NCBI GenBank assembly: GCA_039545335.1
Contig: BCIN01000002.1
Coordinates: 3,068,678 to 3,130,088 of the forward strand
Source: Kondoa subrosea
Lineage: Eukaryota
DNA length: 61,411 nucleotides
Direction: 5' to 3'
A model generated the notes under the pieces. It did no database searches. It worked only from the letters and a program-made list of their open reading frames with translations, and was not told the origin of the DNA. The position numbers were made by a program, and so were the translations under genes. Below are positions 14,007 to 27,403 of this stretch, piece after piece; position 1 is the first letter of the stretch; every line of letters starts with the position of its first letter.

Positions 14007-15275
14007 TGCGTTTGATCCTGCCAATATCCTGCGACTGAGGCTGCTTCTCCTCGATACTGAGAATGACTGTCCGTCTAAGTAACTGAGACAGCGGGTATAG
14101 AGTTCGAGGTATCTTGCTTTGGAGAACTGCTCGAAGACAAGCTTGCTCTCAAACGGTTCGAGCTGTAGGACATCGTCGGCGCACGGCAGCGGGCCTGAGC
14201 CTTTCATCTACGGGCTATGGACCACGAAACTCTATCACTGCTCAATACCACAGGTAATTGCCATATTGCGCGACAAGTGTGAGACTATTGTGAGCAACCT
14301 TTGAAGGCTTTCTGCTGCAGGACTATTCCGCTTCCTCTTGACCTTCTTCATTTCTCGAGTCTACTCCGTATACTAGCAAAAGACTAGCACAGCTGTAAGG
14401 AGTCTTATGTTGTGCAGTATCTCATTTGTGTTTCCGAGCTTTTCTGTGTTACTCGCTTTCCGTGTTTGCTGTATAGCTCTGCTAGCTACATATTGCGCAT
14501 TGAATAAGTATCGAGCTAGCATCCTTATCTTGGCTATTAGAAGGGTCCTTTCTTTGTGAAGTTACTAAATGACCAGGAGGTTTTCTTCTATTCTCCTTCC
14601 TTCCTTCCTGTTTCCAACTCCCAATTCCAATCATGATCCGGGTAGAATCTGACCAACAATGCGATTGAAGACGTACTCATTGCAGTGTAGAGTTGGATTA
14701 TTACCCCAAACATCTCGCTTCCGCTCGATCGCAACAAGAAAGGAAGGCCTGCCGATCGTCCCCAGCAGAGTGGCGCGAGCAAGTCGCAAAGGTTACCATC
14801 GTCAAGAGAAGACCAAGGTCTCACTGCGACGAGCCTTTCAAATCTCCCAATTGTATGTTCTCCATCACCGCCTGCAGACTTCTTGCTCAACAACATCTTC
14901 AGCTAACTCTATAGACATCAAAGACACAGTGTAACTCCCTCGTCCGCTAACGCTGACAGACGGACCCTGGTTGGCTTTCTTCATTGACCACAACAAGGAA
15001 ACTTATCAAATCTTCCCCGACAGCACACGATTTGACTGGCAGCGCGCAGAGTATCAGCCAAAGAGATTTGCAATCCCTCACGTCGTTCCCCACACTGCAT
15101 CTGGGTAGCCTTGAAAGTATTCTGTACTCGAAATTTCATGCCTGTAATTAAAGCTCTGCAATTGTATTTCTTCTCCGTTGTAGAATACATGACATGAGTT
15201 ATGGGCAGACCTTCGCCTTTAGCAAGTCGAGTCGATCGCGTTCCATTGTTGACACCGAACGAATACCCCTTAAAA

Positions 15276-16343
15276 ATGAGCATATCAACTGCCTTGGGAT
15301 CTAGCAAAGCATTCGAGAAGGCCGTCGATATAGCAGCAAGACTGCCGCAAGTTGGCATCAGTACAGGTTATGAAGAGAAGCTTACACTTTACGGAATCTT
15401 CAAGCAAGCGACACTAGGGGACGTGTCTACATCTAGGCCGTCACTCTTAGATCAATTAGGTGAGCTCCAGCATGAAAAGATCGATTGAATGTCTTCGAAT
15501 GTCTTATGTTTTGAAGGTCGTGCGAAATGGGATTCACATAAGAAGCGACAAGGAATGTCAGAAGAACAAGCGAAGAAGGCCTATTGCGATGCTTTGCTAA
15601 AGGTCCGCCTACTAAAGGAGTCTGAACCAAATCTCACGTATCGGACAGGTTCTGAAGAAGTTCAGCGATCGAACTGTAGCTGTAGAGCTTATACGCGATC
15701 TGGAGAGCGCTTACAAGCCGCCAACTCTATTGAGTGCGTACCTGTGCATCCCACACCTGTAGCAAAATCTGACAAGCTGATAGACAATCTTGCTCCATCT
15801 GAACTCTCTTCGGAAGATGACTATTCTTCCTCTTCTACTTCATCACGACCAGCGCCTGGTCCCTCATCACGTCCCTACCGTACACCGAGCGGCTCCATAA
15901 TCCTACCGACCAAATCCATAGCTTCTTCCTCTCGACCTGTTCAAATTTCTGCAGCTGCTCTGAAGGCGCATCAGTCGCAACTAGCTGTCCCAAATATCCC
16001 TTCTAAACCATCTTCAGCTATTTCACCCGTAGTTGAACCTTGGTTACAAGCTTCCACACCTTTACCTCCAACACCTCATGAAATAGCATTACAGAAGACA
16101 TTGGACAACATACAGCTGACCCTCTCATCATTGAATGAGAGGTTAGCGAGATTAGAGAGAAGAAAACCTTTTCTAGTTCAGTTGTGGAGGAAAATCGCTT
16201 GGGAGAAAATCAAAGATTGGATCTTCATACTCCTTGCATTGGGATTAGGTTGGCGAGCATTAGGATCAAGAGGATGGCTAGGAATCTGGGCTGCTTTGGT
16301 GAAAAGGAAACTAGGAGCAACTGTTGTTCCAAGTCAGGCATGA
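15276..16343 (+). CDS. Acyl-CoA-binding domain protein with a C-terminal coiled coil and TM helix (ACBD5/Atg37-like architecture)
   Basis: FEKAVDI...YEEKLTLYGIFKQATLGDV...RPSLLD|GRAKWD is an ACBP domain. It is followed by a S/P-rich linker, coiled coil LSSLNERLARLE and a hydrophobic tail. Confidence 0.85.
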
Positions 16344-16870
16344 AATGGCAAGACGAAGAAGTGTTACAAAGGTGTTGTTGTGGGTTTATTTCAGACTGGA
16401 TGTTCAGAGCTTCCGCTTATCTACTTCTGTGTATAGCTTTAGGCGCAACTAGTTCCTGTATTTTTACATTACATATTCAGTTCATACTTGGGGCGATGCT
16501 TCACGATAAGAGAGTAAGCAAAGTACCGCCCGACAGCGTTACCGCTTTGCGTGAGCTTATCAGCTGCGGTGATTTTACAGTGCGCACAGTGCCTATCGAT
16601 CTATGCACAGAAGTCCGCATGTACAGCACAAGAAACTAATTCTGCAATCAATCATCGGCTTTCACGCGCGCAGCAGCATTAATATGGGCACTGCTATACA
16701 TATCTCCCTGCACCAAGAACCCACTGAAGAAGGACTGCCGCGCTCTGTGTTGACGCGAGTGACAAAACACGGCTTCCCGTTTCCAATATCTCATTCCCCT
16801 TTCTTGCCTATTCTCTTCTTTCCTTTTGCAATCGTCTATCTCTATTCACTATCTCTCTTTCAATTCAATC

Positions 16871-19637
16871 ATGAATCCTATCTCAAGTCATCTTGAACTC
16901 GTACAACAAGCTCAAAGAAGGAGTCAATCTCTACAATCTTCTCCTGTTATTTTAGATGGCAGGTCTCTAGATATAGCTTCAGTCGTTGAAGTAGCCAGGT
17001 AAGCTACAGTATTCCCCTCGTTGACTTGATTTGACGTGACGTGCTTTGCGAACAGACATGCAACGAAGGTTGAAATCACCTCGGACAAAGCAGTCCGTGA
17101 GTATTAGCTCAGCCTGCGAGAGACTTGAGGCTAACGATAGAATAGTGCAAGGCGTTCAAGACTCGCTGGACTTCCTAGCTACAAAGGTTTGTTGATCATC
17201 GCGTTGCTAAGGAGATGATACTCATTCAATATGGTTTATAGAAAGGCGTGTCTATCTGTCAGTAGCGGATATCAACTTAGTTGCATACGCTAATCATCGT
17301 TATGTCCAGATGGTGTAACTACTGGATTTGGTGGAAGCGCTGACACACGTACCGATATGCCCGAAGCTCTACAAATGGCTCTGCTAGAGGTAAGATTCAT
17401 GCTTCCCGTAGTTTATCATGCTCATTCGCTATATAGCACCAACTCTGCGGCTATCTTGCTACTTCAGGCGATATTCTAAGTTCTTCCCACATGCCTGAAG
17501 AAATCGTTCGTGGTGCTATGGTCATCCGGGTCAATTCTCTTCTTCGTGGTCACTCAGCTATCCGTCTCCATGTCTTGGAATCAATGGTCAAGTTCCTCAA
17601 TCTTGGTATTACACCTCTTGTTCCTCTCCGATCCTCCATTTCAGCTTCCGGCGATCTTTCCTCTCTTGCTTACATTGCAGCATGCCTTTGTGGTCATCCT
17701 GATCTTCGTGTGATTGACCGATCTTCCGGTTCACCAGTCATCAAATCCTGTGTCGAAGCTCTGGAGCAAAATGGAATGGAGAAAGTTCGCTTGCTACCAA
17801 AAGAAGGTCTTGCTCTAATCAACGGTACTGGTACGTCGTCTCTGTATCATCATTTCCGAATCTCCGCTGACGTTTGTACGTGACTTTCAGCTTACTCTGC
17901 CTCGGCTGGATCTTTGGCAATGTACGACACACATTTCCTCACTTTGCTCTCGGAAGCTACTACAGCAATGACAACCGAGGCTATGGTCGGCATGAAAGGT
18001 TCTCATCATCCATTTATTCATGATATGTGCCGACCTCACGCTGGCCAAATTGAATACGCTGCAAACATGCGAAAAATGGTGAGTACATGTCTAAAAGCAA
18101 ATGATGACATGCTCAATAGGAAATTACAGCTTAATGGCAGTAAGCTGGCAGTAGAGGAAGAAGCAGAAGTGTCTGCAGACGCCGATGCCGGTGTCCTGCG
18201 TCAAGATCGTTATCCGTATGTCTTTTGCCTGTTAATTAGCAATCTAGGCTCATCTTCTGCCGTAGGTTGAGGACATCCCCACAATATGCGGGCCCTCAAT
18301 TGGAAGCCATCATGCTGGCACATACTCAGATCAGTACAGAGCTTGTGAGTTTGCATTTCCTTTCACATTAGCTCCGCTGATTGTATATCAGAACACTACA
18401 ACCGACAACCCTCTCATCGGAGAAGGTAGCTTCCATCACGGAGGTTCGTTTCTGCCCTTTGCTAGCTGTTCAATGTTGAAAATCATTGCAGGCAATTTCC
18501 AAGCCATGTCAATCAGTGTGGCCGTCGAATCTGTACGATCTGCTTTGCAACTCATCGGCCGTCTCTCCTTCGCTCAACTTACGGAAATGCTCAATTGTGG
18601 TATGAATCGCGGTCTCCCTTCATGCTTAGCCGGTAGCGAGCCATCTACCAACTATGTAAGCGATACTCCTAAAAGTGAGGCTGTTACTGATCTATCTGCT
18701 CCATAGCACTGCAAAGGTCTCGATATCGCCAGCGCTGCCTACACAGCCGAATTGAGCTTTTTATCTGCTTCGCAATCTGCTCATTTCCAAAGCGCTGAAA
18801 TGCATGTGAGTGAAGCTACATCTTCTAGTCACATTCCGTCAGTGCTGATGTCGAATGCAGAATCAAGCAGTCAACAGTATGGCTCTTGCTTCAGCTCGTC
18901 GAACCATCGAAGCCAATCAAGTCCTTACTCTTTTGCTCTCGACGCATCTCTATGCAGCTTGTCAAGCTATCGATCTTCGAGTGCTCGACTTATCTTTCCG
19001 CTCTCGTCTGCGCAAGATCACATTGTCTTCAGCTAGCACTCACCTCAAGTCTCAATTATCGGAAGATGCATTGAAAGAAGCTTGCGTACTGGCGAATGAA
19101 GCTATCATGCGACGCTTGGATCAGACTACTTCCACTGATCTCGTTCCTCGTATCACAGTAAGTATTTTCTTCTCCTTTCATGCCTTGCTTATCAATTCGC
19201 AGGACGCCTTCGAGATCGCATCAGCTGTATTTGTTGACAAGCTCTCCAGCAGCAACGCTAATCCTCTCTCAGCTCTTCAAGCATGGAAATCAGACTGTAC
19301 CAAGCAAACCATTGAAGTCTATCATGATCTTCGCGAACAACTCTTCTCTGGCAAACTCGATGCAGCTGCTCATCTTGGCCAATCTAAGCATCTATACAAC
19401 TACGTTCGCAATGTCCTCGGTGTAAAAGCTAGGAAAGGAGATGTAGAGAATGGCGAATTTGGACCTACTATCGGTGTAAGTCTTTTTCTTGCTGTGTCTG
19501 TCCCTAATCTGATGTGATGCTTCGATGATCAGTCTTCTGTGAGCAAAATCGTGGAAGGGCTCAAGACTAATGAGGGTCGTGAAGCTATTCTCGCGTGCTT
19601 CGGTTCAGCAAAAGTCAAAGTCAATGGTTTCCATTAG
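16871..19637 (+). CDS. PAL: Phenylalanine (tyrosine) ammonia-lyase, about 14 introns
   Basis: [38 protein letters not shown] motif [62 protein letters not shown]. Confidence 0.97.
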
Positions 19638-19756
19638 CGCTGTTTTGTATTTTCGTTGTCAATTTCGTTATAGATGGTAGTTGATACATATTCATTCATA
19701 AATTAGTACAATCAATGATATTTACATGTTCCATTCTACTGAAGTCTAAGATAGAT

Positions 19757-22524
19757 CTAATGCTGAGTTGTGCCGGGGAAGCCTTCTAATTTCGGGCTGC
19801 CGATAGGTGAGATATACTTGCGATGCCGTTCTGGTTGAGGCATGGTATAATTCGCTTGAGCTTCTATCTGTTCTTCCAGAATACCGCAAGCTGCAGCAAC
19901 GAAACCAAGGTAGCCGGGTGAAGGATTAAGGGGTCTGTACACAGAGTCCTTCAGCTGTACGCTCGAGAGCCTTGCAACTGAACATACCTTGTGCAAAATT
20001 CGGGATGCGCTTGCATACCAACATAGAAAGGATGATCTGGAAATTACCATTGTATTAGCTTGCTTTCTCCATGATAGACTACAACACACCTTTGATCTCA
20101 GCAACTTGCATCCTCACACCTTTTTCGTCTCTTCCAGTGAAAATCAACCCACTTTTCTCTATTCGTTCGACCCAATCCGGATTCACTTCATAACGATGTC
20201 TATGCCTTTCCCAAATGACGTTGTTCTTGCCATACAGTTGTTTGACTTTCGACCATTCGGTATCAGGTTGAAAGACGGTAGGTCTCAAACCTAAACGCAT
20301 CGTTCCTCCTAAATGTGTTTTGGAGATTTCAGGCATGTAGATGATTACTGGATCCGTAGCTTTCTCGTCCAGTTCTCCAGATTGAGCATCTGTATTCGTA
20401 AAGAAGAACGACACAAGTGAGCTACTTCTCTTTTAGAATAATGGTTATCCTAAAATGTAATAAAACCGATCGAATGATGACCTGATTTCAATGGACCATC
20501 AAGAGCCTTCAAGTTACGAAAGGTGATAGCTATTTGATCTTGCAACCTCATTAAAATCTTCACAAGCGTAGATATTCGCCGTGTTGACAGTTATAGAGAC
20601 GCGTTTTTCGCTCAAAAGACGAAAGAAGAACAGGAAGAATGAAAGTGAAGAGAGAGAGAGAGGAATGATTACTCACCAGCAACACCGACAACGTTTCTAG
20701 CCCATTCAACAACAGCCATCTGGAAACCTAGACAAATTCCAAGAAAAGGTACTTTCTTCTCTCTTGCCCATTTCGAAGCTAGAATCATGCCTTCTGTTCC
20801 TCTTAGACCGAAACCACCTGGTACGAGTATACCACCTGCTGAACATAATGCTTGCCAAGCTGCATGGAATTCTCTCGGTCGGTCTAATTGTGCAGGAGCC
20901 TCCAGATCGCTCGAGTCGACCCACTATAGCATTGCTAATCAGTACATATTCAGATAAGGAACGGAAGCAGCTAACTTCTAGTATGAGTTTTCGACCACAC
21001 CGCAAAGCAGCATGTTCGAGTGATTTGATGACCGACATGTAAGAATCCTTGAGAGAAGTATATTTGCCAACGAGAACAATGTTGACTTTATCAAACAGTC
21101 GATCATGTCTGTTGGATCCAAGCACGGAAAGAATCAGCTGTCAAAGGCTGAAAGATCGATTTTGGCCAAAACACCAACCCTATTGTCAACTCTTTCCATC
21201 GCTTTGCAATACCAGCTCCATATAAACGTTGATCATTCGAAACATTGATCTTGTCCAGATGTAGACGTTTCGTCAAGTATTTGACAATACCTTGATCTTG
21301 TAATAACAGCGGAACATGATACACTGAAGCCACATCATGCACAGCCAAGACTTGTTCTCTTCCTACATGACAGAACATGGACATCTTGGTAATAGTCGCT
21401 TGATCTAGGGGTGCATTGCAGCGACAGGCAATCTGTAGAAAAGATCAGTACTCAAGGCTAAGAAAAGGTTTATAACTGACTAGATCTGGTGTAAGGCCTA
21501 GACCACGCAGATCACGTATGCTCGCTTGTGTAGGTTTTGTCTTCTGTTCGCCATGTATAAGCGGTACGAGAGAAACATGAATAAGGGCGAAGCTGTAAGC
21601 GAAAAGCGTCCGGTTCAATATTGATCATACTGAGAGACACCATCACTCACTTCTCCTGGCCTACTCGGAATTGAAATTGTCGAAGAGCTTCAACGAAAGG
21701 CATGGATTCGATATCGCCAACAGTTCCACCAAGCTAGCAACCACTTTTTAAAAGAGATAAGCTTGAACACGGATACATGCTTACCTCGATGATGCATACA
21801 TCTGCTTCTTGATCTGAATCATCGACCGGTATCCTAGCTACTCTTTCTATCCAATCTTGAACAGCATCGGTCACATGAGGAATGACCTGAACAGTCTTGC
21901 CTAAGTAATCGCCACGTCGCTATATCTTCCTCATTCAGCTTTCGGTGGATTAACTTCGTTATGAGAACGAAAAAGCACCTCTCCATCTATAACATGTTGA
22001 TAGACTTTGCCAGTGGTGATATTGTTATCTTTTGTCAGAGTAACATCTAAATAGCGTTCGTAGTTGCCTAGATCTAAATCTGCTTCTCCACCATCGTCCA
22101 GAACGAATACTTCACCTTTTTTTTCCGAACATTCTATGTATGAGCTACCAAAAGCTGGAATGGTGAGTAGCATAACAGACCATGTTCTGTTCTGCAGTGA
22201 ACAGTAAGCTTTGAGATCCTCGCAGCAGCAGAATAAGAAGCTGAGGGAAGAACTTACGGTGACATGGTTCCAGCATCAATGTTCATGTACGGATCAATCT
22301 TGATAGCAGCTGGATGTGAATATGTCAGAGAAACACATGGATTGTTGTAAAGGCGATCTCACTGATTCGTAGACCCAATTTCTTGAGCAAGAGTCCAGTA
22401 GAGGAAGCTAGTGTGCCCTTGCCAATGCCAGAAATCACTCCTCCTATCAACGCATACACGGATCAGCCTACAGCACAGCTATCCTCAGCCGTCAGACAGC
22501 ACCTGTGACCACGACATAACGCAT
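19757..22524 (-). CDS. URA7: CTP synthase; multi-exon
   Basis: [92 protein letters not shown]. Confidence 0.97.
20453..20605 (-). ncRNA. Intronic box H/ACA snoRNA, predicted guide for 18S rRNA pseudouridine ~106 (yeast snR44-type target)
   Basis: Lies in the 287-nt URA7 intron (20390-20676). H box AGATCA at 20535-20540 and terminal ACA+3 nt at 20453-20458. Pocket strands CTATAACT and TTTAATGAG are complementary to 18S CTCATTAAA-U-C-AGTTATAG, 15 nt from the H box. Confidence 0.8.
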
Positions 22525-23558
22525 TCTGAAAATTTATGCGCAAGAAAATAAAGTTGGCCTTTTGACGCGTTGGTTGAGATCACAAGGTAGTACGAGACTC
22601 AGGTATACCAGATGCAGTGATATAAGCCAGAATTGACTTGACGCGGTTTGCGGACAAGACCATGAGATTTTTTGCAACTCTTTCTTGAAGCTTCAGATGC
22701 TGCCATGCTACAAATTTAGAGAGAGTCACTCCCTGTTTTCACTACAGTCATGTTTCTTCAGCCTGCTCGATGGCTCTCTTTTCCCTCTCTATGCTCTTGT
22801 TCCTTCATTCGTATAAGCGTTGCGCAAAGATCTGTTGCTTGCACGCGAGAGTCGCAATTGCTTGTCTTCTGAATCGTAGTAATCTTCCTGAGGTCTACCT
22901 TCGTTCGCATATGCTTGCATCCTGTCCTTCCATCTGTCCATCGCTGCAGTAGAAAAGCTCTCTATAATCATGCTCCGTTCAGAGTCAGCACTAGTCCTTC
23001 TGTATACCTATCATCCAGATGTAGTCGGGCTGGAAAGCTTCTATTCGTCAATGCAACTGAGTGTACATTCACGAATTCTCGTCGAGAAGCCCAGAGCATC
23101 TGAAGTGCTAATCCTTGATCTGTAACCTCACATTGTTGTGCAGTATAACGCTGCCTGCCTCCGATCTCCTTTGAAGCCGTCCTTAATGCAATCAGTCGAT
23201 CGATCAGTCGCAGTTGTCCATCATAGATTGCTACAAGTGTTTATAGTATCCTTTTCAATAGGTCCGCTAATATCACATGTTCACTGCATTACAACCAAAT
23301 ACTCTCGAATACTCTCAACTAGCCTACCACCCAGCTACATGCAAGTCCACCGCTCTTTACCCTATCTCCATTTCCTTGCCCCGGATTTTTGGCAAAATCC
23401 TTTCTTCCCCGGTTGCAAGCAGCCACTCCTCCAATAATCAAATCTCTCTTGCTCTCTACGTTGTTCCGAGGAAGTCCTCTATTCTGTTGATCAAGCCTTT
23501 TAGAACGCGATCCTTTCGAAGCCGTTATACCGAAAAGCAATAACAAAACTTAAGTAGA

Positions 23559-26186
23559 ATGGCAACTTCATCAAACGATACACCTTCTTTTGGTTGGCCA
23601 GGAATCAGTACCTCTATTCCAAAGAATGTGATGCAAAATGGTGATCCAGCTGGTGATCATGAAGAACGAGCATTACCTTTTAAATTAGAGGAACATTTGA
23701 TCGATGGGAATAGACCTATGAAAGTGATTATCGGTTAGTTTCCTTGTTGATTATCATACGATATACGGGTATTGATTGAGAAGTATAGCTGGAATGGGTT
23801 ACAGTGGGATCATCGCTTGGTGAGCTGAAAACTCAAGATATAGTTGGCTTCTCAAGCTAATGCAAGCAAAGCATTCGGATACAGCAAAAGATGAAGAATA
23901 TTGATCTGCAAGTTTACGAGAAGAACTCCGATATGTGCGTACTTATATAACTATTTCCGGTCGGCAAGCTGATATTTGCTTTCAGCGGTGGAACTTGGGT
24001 GAGCAAACAGTTCCCGCCTCGGTTAAGTTGACTGATAATCCGCTTTGTAGTTCGAGAACAATTGTGAGTGTTCATCGCATTGTTCCAAATCCTGTTCTTA
24101 TACCTGTTTTAGATCCCGGAGTCGCTTGTGATATTCCAGCTTTCGTGGGCCGAATGTCTTTCATGACTTCTAGCTCTTACTGATTTATCGTGCAGTGCTA
24201 CCAGCTCACTTTCAGCGAGAAAGACAACTGGAGCAGCTTTTACGCACCAGGAGTAAGTTCTCTGTCTTGCAGATACATCAGTCATCTAATGCCGGTAATC
24301 TAGGGCGAAATCTGTGCCTATCTGCGAGAAGTAGTGGAGAAATACAAGCTCAGGAAATTCGTTCAGCTATCAACGGAAGTCACTAAAGCAGAGTGGAACG
24401 AAGAACGATCAAAATGGGCTATCACTACCAAGAACCTTGTTACGCTCGAAGAATCAACGGACGAATGCGATCTATACATCCCGGCTACAGGTTTCTTGAA
24501 CGCATGGAAGGTCCGTGTACTTGTTTCTCCTATTGGGCCAAGGGTTGACTTGAAAGCAGTGGCCTGATATTGAAGGCATTCACGATTTCAAGGGCATCAA
24601 GGAACATTCAGCTCATTGGCAGAATCCCGTCTCGGACCTCAAAGGCAAACGGATTGCAGTCATTGGCAATGGTTCATCAGCTATTCAGATCATTCCTCAA
24701 TTAGCGCCAGATTCAGTTCATCTTGATACCTATATTCGGGGACCTACATGGATTGCTCTACCTTTTGCAGGTGAAGAAGCTGGTAGGTCTTTAGTCTGGG
24801 TGATTCAGTCACATAATGACCTTTTTTCGATAGTCAAGCGCAATCCAACGGGCGGCAATTTCCAATTCACATCGGAAGAGCTCGCTAAATTCTCCCAAGA
24901 CAAGTCATACTACAGTCAATATCGCCGCGATCTCGAGAACGAGCTCAACTCAGTTCACGAAGCTACCATTAAAGATTCACCAATGCAAATGGGAGCTCGA
25001 GCAGCTTTCAAGACTATGATGCAAGAGAAACTTGCAGAAAAGAAAGAAGTTGCCGATTTCCTGATTCCTACTTTCCCAGTCGCTTGCAGACGTCTCACTC
25101 CTGGTCCAAACTATTTGGAAACTCTTGCTTCAGAGAAAGTCGATGTCATTACTACTCATATCAAGAAGATCACAGCGACAGGCATTGAAGATAAAGATGG
25201 TGTGCATCGCGAATACGATGTGATTGTATGCGCGACAGGATTCGATACCTCTTTCAAGGTGCTTTCCCTTTGCGAGCTGGATGAGCCTTTCCTCATCCTT
25301 ATCTTCCTCCTAGCCTCGTTATCCTTTCATTGGTCGAGGAGGAGTTGATCTCAGGAAGAAATGGGCTGAACAGCCAAATGCTTATCTTGCTTTGGCTGTT
25401 GACGAATTCCCCAATTGCTTCATGATTCCGGTTAGCAGTTTTTTTCAATATGTTTGTATAGTGGTGTTCATGGCTTGATATAGGGACCTAATTCTGGTGT
25501 TGGATCAGGCTCGCTCTTGGTCATTTTTGAACGACAAGTGGATTGTGAGTTCGCAGGTTCTGACTGCTCCTCTCTTTCTGAAGCAATGTTATTCAGATAT
25601 GATCAAAGTCCTAAAGAAGATGCAGAGGGAGCAAGTCAAGACCATCGAAGTCAAGAAAGAGATCTGTGATGACTGGAGTGACTACGTTGACGCCTATTTC
25701 GAAACGACTGTTTACTCTGAAAAGGTTTGTTCTTCCTCGAATTGTATATAACACTCAAACTAACATGTAATTAGTGCCGTACATGGTACAAAGGTGGAAA
25801 AGAAGAAGGTCGAGTGATGGGTCTTTGGCCTGGAAGTTGTCTCCACGCTGTTCGAGCTCTAGAATCACCTAGATGGGAAGACTACAACATGAGTTCCATG
25901 TCATCGCAGAAGAACAAGCTCGCCTGGCTCGGTAATGGGTGAGCTTAACTTGTTCAAAAGGTCGAAACATGCTGACTTTCGCATTCAGATGGACTCAATT
26001 GTTAGTCTCTTCCACCGGGAGTGATAGGATAAGCTGATGATTTGAAACACAGGGAGAAGAACAAGGATGGCGACAGAGCTTTCTATCTCGATCAGAGCGA
26101 AGTCGTAAGTCCATGCCGATCGATCTAATATACTTGGTACTGATGCTCAATGATCACAGGATATTCCACCAATTCCTCCCAATTAG
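23559..26186 (+). CDS. Flavin-containing Baeyer-Villiger-type monooxygenase; many introns and microexons
   Basis: [35 protein letters not shown] (FxGxxxHxxxW BVMO motif), [34 protein letters not shown]. Confidence 0.93.
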
Positions 26187-26422
26187 GCTCAGTTTGAGGT
26201 AGAAGGGCATGTTATGAAAGTATCTGTACTACATTGTATTATGGTGAAGACTAGTCTTTATATGCATTCACAACGGTTGTTTTTGGATATGCCCAGCATT
26301 GCATGCGAATGATCTATGTACACCAAACGGACTAAACACAATAGCCAAAAATTACTAGCTCGCTTCTGGAAACCAGCCAGAAGAGGTTTAAATGTCCATG
26401 TATTCTTGCGTTGTACTCCAAT

Positions 26423-27403
26423 CTACCTATAATAGCCTCCTTGTTGTTGCCCGTATCCCTGTTGCTGATTACCATATGGTTGTTCAAAGGCCGCTGCCGC
26501 CTGTTGTTGAGATTGACTGTAATCGGCTGTTCGTCCTCCTCCTCCTGCATAAGCGCTATAGTCCCTGGGCTGTTGTCTTGATGGCGGGTAATGAGACGAA
26601 ACGTCCGATTGCAAATCTTGAGAATAAGCTGCAGCACCATAAGAAGCGTATTTCTCTTCTTGTGCTGCTGTTGGACCTGCACCAGTAGGTGAAGAAACGA
26701 AAGATTCACGTAAAGATTTAGTTCGCTTGACGAAAGAGGTGTTCGCTTGTCTTCGTTTCTTTCGAATACAGCAAAAAGTGATTAGACCCTGTGTTTTTTA
26801 GTCCAAATTTAGATTCAATGACAAATGAATGGATCGGAAAGGAGCTTACGATGATGAGTAAGCCAACAGCAGCAGCACCACCGTATATACCATATTTAGC
26901 TCCGTTCGGTAAAGATGCCCATCCACTGGTACTTGCTTGCGACGAAGATTTTCCACCATTGGCTGTTGCTGCAGCTGCTTGTTGCGTAGCTAATTTATCC
27001 GCGCCGCTTACTCCTACTGTAGCTCCCCAAACGCCTGTAAAGATTTCATAGTCGATCAGCTCCGAGCTAAAAGCACTCGCCGAGACGCGAACTGACCAAC
27101 TGTTCCTTGAGGTGCAGTAGCGGTGAATGATCCACCATCTGTAGCAAGATTAGCGACGGAAGATGTAGTAGCTGGCGTTAATGTAAGGAGACCTAGAATT
27201 GCCATTCTCAGTCAAGCGACTTTAGAGATCGCTAGCAAATACTGGCCTGTGGAAGGAGGTGATGTCAGAGCATCTCCATCGTCTGATGTTGTGGATGTAG
27301 CTTGTCGACCTCTCCTGTACAGCGCGTTAATATAGAGCTTGCAAATAGTGATCTTGAAATTAAAGTACCTTGCTGTAGTTGTAGTCGCTGCGGAATCGCT
27401 CAT
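26423..27403 (-). CDS. Hypothetical single-pass membrane protein (S/T-rich N-terminus, TM helix, basic stop-transfer, Q/G/Y-rich tail)
   Basis: MSDSAATTTT, then TM segment YGIYGGAAAVGLLII|GLITFCCI followed by RKKRR. C-terminus QQQGYGQQQGGYYR*. Confidence 0.6.

Noticed and set aside
14100..15200. Several 60-125 aa ORFs between ATG16 and the ACBD gene
   Set aside because: No recognisable motif (PIG-H was considered and did not match). Probably promoter/UTR or an unresolvable small gene.
20473..20486. ATGATGA and CTGA (C/D box words) on the + strand in the URA7 intron
   Set aside because: They are adjacent to each other and antisense to the host transcript. The H/ACA model on the minus strand explains the region better.
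22700..23540. Short ORFs between URA7 and the BVMO
   Set aside because: No homology pattern. Consistent with a divergent promoter region.
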